From Prasinococcaceae sp. CCMP 1430 (Eukaryota > Plantae > Prasinodermophyta), in the NCBI GenBank assembly GCA_013416795.1, contig RQSC01000010.1:86836-146640 (forward strand): 59,805 nt of DNA. Direction: 5' to 3'. This document shows positions 52,451 through 59,805 of the stretch, one piece after another (within the stretch, counting starts at the first letter, position 1; each line of letters starts with the position of its first letter). The notes under the pieces were generated by a model. That model saw only the letters and a list, made by a program, of their open reading frames with translations. It searched no databases and was not told where the DNA came from. The position numbers and the translations under genes were made by a program.

Positions 52451-53401
52451 GTGGCGCTCGCGCTGGCGGCCGGCGGTGCCTGCGACAGGGCGAAAGGCCG
52501 CACGTTGAAGCCGGGCTGCCCCGCGCTCACGCGCGCCGCGTGTGCGCGCTACGCGAGGGGGGACTCCAGCAGTCCCGCCGTGATGGACGCACCTACCGTG
52601 ACCGCATCGGCCGCCGGGCCTATCATCCGCTGGCTGCACGTTCCGAAATGCGGCACCTCATTCGCCAACGCTGTGTATCGCTACGGCTGCGGCACAGGCG
52701 TGTTCGACAGCGTCAACACGACACTCGCGTCATTTAACGGCGCATTTGAGGCCAGGCTCGTCAAGGAGATACGGCCTGAGGCCACGTGCTATGCGCCCGC
52801 TGGGAAGATGTACCCGCACGGCGCGGCCATGCATCTGCCGGTAGGGCCGCTGGACGAGAAGCTGCACACGCTGCCGCCGGGTCGGTCGCTCGTAGGCCTC
52901 TTCCGCCAGCCGACTCAGCGGCTCATCAGCGCGTACTACCACAACATGCACGCGCATGGCATGGACAAGGATCACAGGGCGAAGCTCGTTGCGCGGTGCG
53001 GCCGCCTGCCCGAGAGGGAGGGCCTGGAATGCTTCGCCCGCTTCCCCGGGGTGGCAGGCTGCGCCACCAAGATGCTGCTGGGGCACGCGTGTGGCGCGGT
53101 GGTGCCGCTGAACGCGGCAAACATCAGCGAGGCCGTGCGGCGCGTGCGGGACTGGTTTGCGTTCGCGGGCGTGACCGATTGCTTCGACGCGAGCGTGTGT
53201 GCGTTCCACACCACGATGACGGGCGGCGCCATTGCGCCCGCCGACAGCGAGCTCGAGCACGTGCGCGCGGGCGTGACGCGGCCCGCGAGCGGTGTGTACG
53301 ACGAGGGGTTGCTGGGCGGATTCGTCGACGAGGCCGATGAGGCGGTGTACGCGCAGGCGCTGCGCATGCTCGAGGAGTACGTCGAGCGCGACACGGGCTA
53401 G
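52451..53401 (+). CDS. Golgi-type (carbohydrate) sulfotransferase family protein; true start unresolved
   Basis: 5'-PSB motif WLHVPKCGTSF, 3'-PB motif LFRQPTQRLISAYYH, FAFAGVTDCFDASVCAF, DEADEAVY. A hydrophobic leader lies upstream of the first in-frame ATG (52583). Confidence 0.78.
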   Translation: MALALAAGGACDRAKGRTLKPGCPALTRAACARYARGDSSSPAVMDAPTVTASAAGPIIRWLHVPKCGTSFANAVYRYGCGTGVFDSVNTTLASFNGAFEARLVKEIRPEATCYAPAGKMYPHGAAMHLPVGPLDEKLHTLPPGRSLVGLFRQPTQRLISAYYHNMHAHGMDKDHRAKLVARCGRLPEREGLECFARFPGVAGCATKMLLGHACGAVVPLNAANISEAVRRVRDWFAFAGVTDCFDASVCAFHTTMTGGAIAPADSELEHVRAGVTRPASGVYDEGLLGGFVDEADEAVYAQALRMLEEYVERDTG

Positions 53402-53599
53402 GCTCGCGCGAGCGAAAGCGACCGCGGGCGCCTCGCACGCGCTGGTGGCGTCGCTCGAATCGTTCCGTATTATACTCGTCGCGCGTTGCGGTCTACATGT
53501 TTCTCTGTCTTGTCTGTTTCTTGCGTGTTTGCGGGCGAAGAAAGGAGGGTGTGGTGTTGTGGTGGTGGTGGGGGGGGGGGGGCGCGCGTGCGCGGGTGC

Positions 53600-54354
53600 T
53601 CACCCTGCACGCTCCGTGTCGCCTGTGTGTGCCTCTCGCTCCCGCTCTCGCACTGTCTGCCAGGCATCGCATGCCCGCGGCGGGGCGGTCGCCTCTTTCT
53701 GCCTCTGGTTCTCGGCCGGCAGCAGGGCCAGCACCCTCGGTACCCTGGGCAGCGTCGCGCGGGCGTTCTTGCCGCCGTCGCTCCCCGTCGGCGGCGACAC
53801 TCGAACGCGCTTGCTGCGCCCCTCCTCCTCCCCGCCGCCGGGATCGCACGCGCGTGCTTGCCCGCGCGCAGACAGCGGGCGCCCCTCTTGGCGCTCCCGG
53901 GGGCCGCTGCTGCCACTGTTCGCCCCCGATTCGACGGCGCCCGCGCCGCTGATGCTCTGGCTGCGGGTGGGGCCCGCCGCCGCGGCGCCCGCCCGCTGCT
54001 CTCCGCGCGCGCGCGCCAGGGAGTGCGTGTGCGCGGTGCTGCTCTCCGCTCCGCTGTCGCCTGATCGGTCGCTGGCGCGCGCGCCGCCGCCGCAGGCGTC
54101 GCTGCCGCTGCAGCACTCGCTCGAGTCCTCGTCCGCCTCCGCGGACGCGTCCCGCCCCGCCACCTGGTCGTGCGCTAGCCCCATGCCGAGGCCCGTGCCC
54201 CACGCCCAGTCGGCGAACGCGCCCACGTCCACGCGCCCCGAGGCGTCGTGGCACTTGAGCGCGGCGCCTCGCGCGCGCACGACGTTGGCCCAGTAGCTGT
54301 CCCACGGCGACGCCGCGCCGCCCGCGGCGTCGGGCGCGCGCTGCGCNACCCCAT
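53600..54354 (-). CDS. Hypothetical protein (start interrupted by a single N at 54347)
   Basis: Coding-like SPWDSYWANVVRARGAALKCHDASGRVDVGAFADWAWG followed by a low-complexity region with an NLS-like RSKRVRVSP. ATG 54354 is out of frame across the N. Confidence 0.35.
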
Positions 54355-55237
54355 CCCTCTGTAACTGTGCGTCTGCGCGTCCGCAACCGTAACGACACGG
54401 GTTCAAAATATCGGCACAAATCGCGCCTCCGAGGAACGAAAATGCGGAAAAGCAGACCCTCGTGCGGAGTCTGGTGCGCGGCTGCGGGTATGGCTCGCCC
54501 GTGGGGGTCTTTCCTATGAATGAGGATGGAATCACCCAGCGGGCCGCCCGCGGCCACGCGAACCGAATCGCCTCGGATCGAAGGGGATTCAGAGCGGGCG
54601 GAGACGGAGAGGGGAGACGGAGGTGCGTGCGCGCCCAGCACGCCATGCGCGTGCGCGTGCGGGCCTGCGCTCGTGTGTGACTCTGCTCTGCCCGTGTGTG
54701 TGCGCGCGCACGTGGGGGCCGCGAGCGCTCACGACCAACCGCGGGTGCCCGCACTTCCACTGCTGCCTCCATGCCTCTGCGAGCCGCGGCCAGCGGTGCA
54801 TACATTTGCACTCGAGCACTTCGCGGCCAACGGAAGCTTTTCCCGTGGGTACATATGACGTATCTTAAAGTGCATTTATTGGGATGCGCGGGCGCCCTCG
54901 GAAGGAGGGGAGGCGTCCGGACCCCGTCGCCCAACGCTCTTGGATTCCACAGATACGCTCGTGTTTATTGGAGATTGTGGAATCCATATCGCGTTTGTTG
55001 GTGTTATTGAGTTGGAAAATGGAATCCATGGCGCGAGCGGGGCGCGCCTGCGCGCAGCGCGGGCGCTGCGCGCGCGCGCGCGCGCGCGCGGGCGGGAAAA
55101 TCGGCGGCGCGCGCGCTCGCGCGCCCGCGAAGATCTTTTTCCCAGCCGCGGAAGGGGGCGGCGCGCGAGGCCGATTTTTCTGTCGCCGGACGGATGGAGG
55201 GCCTCCTCCCATCGCGATGGCGATGCGTGCCCGTGTG

Positions 55238-55370
55238 CATTTATTTTATTTATTTATTTATTTATTTGTTTGTTTGTTTGTCATGTGTTTGCTGCTGTGT
55301 GGGGAACCTCCATGCACAGAGCCGACGTTTTATTTTTTATTCTTTTATTTTATTTGTTTATTTTTGTTGT
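55238..55370. repeat. T-rich low-complexity tract, (TTTA)n/(TTTG)n
   Basis: Strongly AT-rich island in a very GC-rich background. Confidence 0.85.
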
Positions 55371-55648
55371 ATCAACATACAACCCAACAACCATCCTCCA
55401 TGCCACCCAACGGCTGCGAACTCGGTCTCTCTCTAGTAATACCGTCATGGTATCACGGGTGCGGGCGGCGCGGCGCGTGGGGGAACTCGCACGCATTGAT
55501 ACACACGCGTACGTACATTTTGGTCTTAGTCCTCTCGGCCTTGGTGCGAGTGGGACAGAACACGAAGTGGAGCGCTGGCGCTGGGCGCGAGTGTCGCGGC
55601 GGCCGGCTGCCTACAGCGCTGCTGTGCGCGCGCTCGACGTTCTCATCC

Positions 55649-57030
55649 TCATTCATCCGAGACCGTCTCGCGCACGGTGGCGTCGGAGAAGCTGGTGCCT
55701 TCTGGGAAGGGGCACTTGAGGTAGCCGATGGTGTCGTACTCGAGGCTCCAAGGAGAAGGAGCGCGCTGGCACTCCGGCGAGCTCACGTCGCGGTACTCAC
55801 AGGCATCCTCTTTGCCCGACTCCGCCTTCGCCGCGTCTTGTGCCGCGAAGTCGCAGTCCGCGGCGCAGTGGCAGCAGCCGGACTGCCCCGAAATGAAACC
55901 AGGGGCGTACCAGTAGTAGTCGTGCGAAGTTCCGTTCTGGAACTTGCCCCTGTTCCCCTGTTCGGCGCTGCTGCAGTTGACGTAGCCGCAGCACTCGACC
56001 TCTGTGACATCGCAGAAGACGGCGTGGCCGATGTGGAAGTCCTCGCCCGCGTAGTAGCAGCTCCCGCGAGAAGCGTTGCGGTCGAGGCAGACGTCGTCCT
56101 CGCAGGCGGTGTGAAGCTGGGCATCGTACTGGCGGTCGTGGTAGACCCCCTTGCCGAAGGCCTCGTGGCCGGCGGTCGCATTCGCAGCGATATCGGGTGC
56201 AAAGACGTTCTCGTCGGCCCAAGAGAGAGCGTTGGTCTCGTTGGTGGTCTCGCCCTCGATGCTGAAGATAACCTTGAGCCCGTCGGCGCACGAACCGTTG
56301 GAGCCGAGGTAGTACTTGCCGGCCTGGTTGAAGGTGATCATCACATCGCGCCCGCCCTTCGAGACGGGCTCCAGAATGGTCGTGGAACCAGTGGTGTTGC
56401 AGTCCATCCAACTCGCCTCGTCCGCGTAGAGCGTCACGTCGCGACCGCCGAACACCAGAAACTCGGCCCAGTCGCCAGTGCTGCCGTTCACCGCTGAAGG
56501 GAACTCCACGCACCCGCCGTAGTGGGCAGCATGGACCTCGCTCACTGGCTCGGACCACGGGCACTCCATGTCAAGCATGGTGGGACCCTCGGAGGGGGCA
56601 GTCGCATCATCAAAGTCATCACAGCTGCTGCAGCCGTCGGTCCAGATGCCGCCGCCAGGCGCGCACGCGTCCTCGGCGGCCGCCAGGTCGCCGGCGGTCG
56701 CCGGGCAGTCACACACGTGTGAGACGGGACTGAATCAGACGTCCGCAAAGCACGAAGCAGGCGCACAGCGCGCCGCGCCGACGCCCAGCCAGTTCCGGCG
56801 CCGACAGACGGAGCCACCGTCGTGGAGGGTCAGCGCGAGCTACAACAGCGCGCCAGTGGACTCCGCGAGTGCGTGCTCACGCGCCCCGCACGGTCTGCCC
56901 GCGCCCGTCCGCCAATATTGGCAGCGCGCAGACGCGCGCCGCACCTGTAGCATCCGAACTGAGCGGAAGCGTGGCGCGGCGCGAGGCTCAGCGCCAGCGG
57001 GACCAGCAGGAGGGCGCGCGGCGGCGCCAT
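55649..57030 (-). CDS. Secreted Cys/His-rich acidic protein with a degenerate phytocyanin/cupredoxin-like domain, 2 exons
   Basis: Exon 57030-56945 (signal peptide MAPPRALLLVPLALSLAPRHASAQ), intron 56944-56730, exon 56729-55649; the phase-2 join gives FGCYSPVSHVCDC. Confidence 0.75.
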
Positions 57031-57533
57031 CTCCCGAGGCGCTGGCTGCGGCGGAGTGGAGGGGCGGTGAGAAGCGCGCTGGCGGGCTCTGGGTCGCGCT
57101 GCGCGGCAGTGGCGGTGTGGCGCGGGCGGTGCGGCACGCTGGCGCCAGCGCACGCAGCCCCCGCCCGCACCAAAAGATCTCACACAATTCTAAACACGTG
57201 CCACGACCGCAGCCACCACGCGCCACAGCCGCCAATTTCGCGCTCGGCGCCGGCGGTTACGACCCGTTGGTTGCGCCTACGTTCCGTCCCGGTCGCGGCA
57301 CGCGCCGGCCACGCGCCCCCTGTCGCGTGACTCACCACTCGGAGCGCGCAGCTGCACGCAGGAGGTCGCGGCGGCCTCGTCCCAGCCAGGTACTCACAAC
57401 CCCGTGCCAAATCGAGGGGGTGCTCACATCTCCCACGTTTTCGTCCTGTGTGTTCCGGCACGCACACGCGCGCGCGCGCACAAACATTACTCACACACGC
57501 ACACACACGCACACACACGCATGCACCCTCACA

Positions 57534-57545
57534 CGCGCGCGCGCG

Positions 57546-57620
<75 letters not shown>
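57534..57620. repeat. (CG)n followed by (CA)n microsatellite, running into assembly gap 57621-57731
   Basis: Direct inspection. Confidence 0.97.
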
Positions 57621-59080
57621 NNNNNNNNNNNNNNNNNNNNNNNNNNNNNNNNNNNNNNNNNNNNNNNNNNNNNNNNNNNNNNNNNNNNNNNNNNNNNNNN
57701 NNNNNNNNNNNNNNNNNNNNNNNNNNNNNNNCCGCGCGCGCGCGTGCCCCACGCGCGAGATCGCGCGACGGCGCCGCGGCAGCCGAAATGCCCGCCCGCC
57801 CGCGCGGTCCCCATGCCCACACACCTGCGAAATCGCGGACCGCGCCCTTCAAATGTGCGCGAAAACGCTTCCAGAGGTATCCTGCCGCCCCGCCGGCGCG
57901 GCGCGCCCCGGCGTTTTTTTTTTCGAGCGGCCGCGCGAAATGCGCGACACGGCGGGCGAGGGGAATAGGGTTCGCTCCCGACGTTTTAAAGGGTAGGGTT
58001 CGATTCGGCGCTGAGCGCAGGTCATATGGAATTTGACGCGCGCGCCGCGCCGCGCACGGGCGGCGCGGCGAGGGGGGGGGGGGGGCGGCCGCGGCCGCGG
58101 GGTTGGGCCAATTCGACGGAAGGCGCCCGAAAACACGCACCTCCGGAGATCAACAATCCGTCGCAAAAATCCGCCGCAAAAATCCCCGTGCTTTGACCAG
58201 GCGATCTCCGATGGCCGCTGGATGTCGAAGAGATTGCGGCCCAGCTGCGCTCGGAGGTCGCGGCCGCAGTCCGTGATCGTGCACGGGGGTAAATGTACCC
58301 ACGGGAGAGCTCTTTCTGTGCTGCGCGAGCATCTGTGCGCCGGCGCGCGCGCCGCCCGCGAGGCCATCCCACCCCCGACCGCTCGCTCCCCTCCCGCCCG
58401 ACGCCCACAGGCCCTCCTCGCCCCCCGCGCCCAGCGCCCGCCCGCGCTGTGGCGCGACACGCCAGGTGCGAGGACGATGTGGATCCCCCACCAGGCGCAG
58501 ATAAGGCTGGTAGATTGATCAGATCGCACTCGAATCGATCGAATCTGCGGGTGGGGCTTCAGGTTCAGAATGCGCACGCGCGCGCCGCGCCCCGAAATTG
58601 GGCGCAGAGAGAGAGGGTTTCATTAAAACGAGTGCACGGAATTGTAAAAGCATATTCAGATGTTCACTAACCACGGGAGCGCACGCGTGGCGTCGAAGTC
58701 GAAGGCGTTCTGATGGCGGGCGGCCCGCGGCGGAATTTCGCGCGAGCGCGCCGGGGGGGGAAGCGCCGCGGCGCGCTGCGACAGCGCGCGCGCTCGCGTG
58801 CCGCGCCCGGCAGAGCGCGTGTCCCCCCCCCCCACACACACACACACACTCTGCGCGGCACCGCCGCTGAGAGATCTCCCTCACGTTCGCCACCGACTGC
58901 GCGCGGCAGCCGCGCGGGCGCGCGCGCGTGCCCGTGCACAGGAGAGAGAGAGAGAGAGCGCGCTCTTTCCTCAGCCCGGACGGTGCGAATCCCCCCGAAG
59001 CTTCCCCCCCTTTCCCGGCACGGTCCTCACGCTGCGTCTCCCCGCGCCCCTGGGCGGGGGGCCCAGCGGCGCGGAGGGAG

Positions 59081-59805
59081 ATGGCGGAGGCGCAGGTGCT
59101 GCGCGTGCAGTGGTACTACACCAAGGCGAGCGGCGAGAAGGCTTCCGCGGCCACCAAGGCGCTCTACCCGGCCGCGGCGGCCGACGTCGTGCCCCTCTGT
59201 CCGGGCGACTCGGCCGCCTGCGAGCGAGCGCTCGTCGGCGCCGGCGTGAGCGCTGAGCGCGCGCCCGCGCAGGCGGCGGCCAACGCGTTCGCCGATACTC
59301 TGGAGGGCCATTTGACTGGCGGCGCCGATGCCTTCGATGCGCGCACGTGGGCGAGCGTGCGCAGCGGCATGTGGGACGCCTGCGTGCCCGCCCGCGCTCT
59401 GCGCTCAGCGTACGGCGTGCAGGACGAGCACCGCCTGCTGCGCGGCACGTGGTACGTCGAGGCGAAGAAGGGCGACTGGCGCCCTTTGCGGGAGGACGCC
59501 GCCAACAGAATAGAGGCGGCCTTCAACGAGCGGCAGGCCGGCGGCGGCGCGGGCGAGGCGCGCGTCGAGCTCGACGGCGCGCACGCGCTGCTGCGCGGCA
59601 GCGGCGCCGGTGACGCGTGGCTCGTGCTGCCCGTCGCGTACCTGAGCAGCGAGGGCATGACCATCACGATGGGCGCGCTGAGCGGTTTGATGAGCAGGAA
59701 GAGCAGCACTGCGGCCAGCAGCAGCGGTGGCGCCCAGCAAGGCGGCGCTGCAGGCGCGGGTGGGGGCGGCGGGGGGGCGGAGGGGCAGGGCGCGGGCGCG
59801 GGCGA
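59081..59805 (+). CDS. 3'-truncated SGR2/DDHD-family phospholipase A1-like protein
   Basis: Frame open from ATG 59081 to the window end (absent from the ORF track): VQWYYTK...DSAACERA, VRSGMWDACVPARALRSAY...HRLLRGTWYV...DWRPLREDAANRIEAAF, matching the N-terminal region of SGR2/DDHD proteins. The lipase motif would lie beyond the window. Confidence 0.72.
   Translation, partial: MAEAQVLRVQWYYTKASGEKASAATKALYPAAAADVVPLCPGDSAACERALVGAGVSAERAPAQAAANAFADTLEGHLTGGADAFDARTWASVRSGMWDACVPARALRSAYGVQDEHRLLRGTWYVEAKKGDWRPLREDAANRIEAAFNERQAGGGAGEARVELDGAHALLRGSGAGDAWLVLPVAYLSSEGMTITMGALSGLMSRKSSTAASSSGGAQQGGAAGAGGGGGGAEGQGAGAG

Noticed and set aside
54400-54600. RNase MRP/P-like motif (GGAAAGACCCCC on the minus strand)
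   Set aside because: The matching 3' conserved region needed for the P4 helix was not found.
72-56944. Introner-like repeated introns
   Set aside because: The modelled introns share only splice consensus and low-complexity CG/TG runs, with no extended mutual similarity visible.

Overview
Very GC-rich, gene-dense eukaryotic nuclear DNA with short GT-AG introns (donors GTGCGY/GTACGY/GTGAG, CTGAC-type branch points). The gene set points to a green alga (Viridiplantae), probably prasinophyte-grade; the organism is inferred, not proven. About 27 protein-coding genes can be reconstructed, mostly alternating in strand: a small plastid-targeted membrane protein, a hypothetical propeller/solenoid protein, PRT6/UBR1, a KDM5-type JmjC demethylase, TRAPPC4, RMND1-like, MsrA, LCMT1, ADAT1, thioredoxin y, ALDH, a secreted PQQ-type sugar/sorbosone dehydrogenase, FLU, CEP44, sterol delta-7 reductase, PP2C, Sec14/CRAL-TRIO, chlorophyll synthase, a kinase-PP2C fusion, a sulfotransferase, a secreted Cys-rich protein, SGR2/DDHD-like (truncated) and several hypotheticals. 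There are three N-gaps and several microsatellites; I saw no rRNA, tRNA, CRISPR or clear transposon. The best leads are: (1) a candidate bicistronic locus, a 56-aa STMP1-like ORF 60 nt upstream of and in frame with the kinase-PP2C gene; (2) a histone demethylase carrying Myb-like and AP2 DNA-binding domains; (3) a secreted PQQ-family enzyme with a degenerate HGSWNR motif; (4) a secreted Cys/His-rich protein whose phytocyanin-like domain has lost its copper ligands. All calls are by-eye motif recognition and manual splice modelling, with no database searches.
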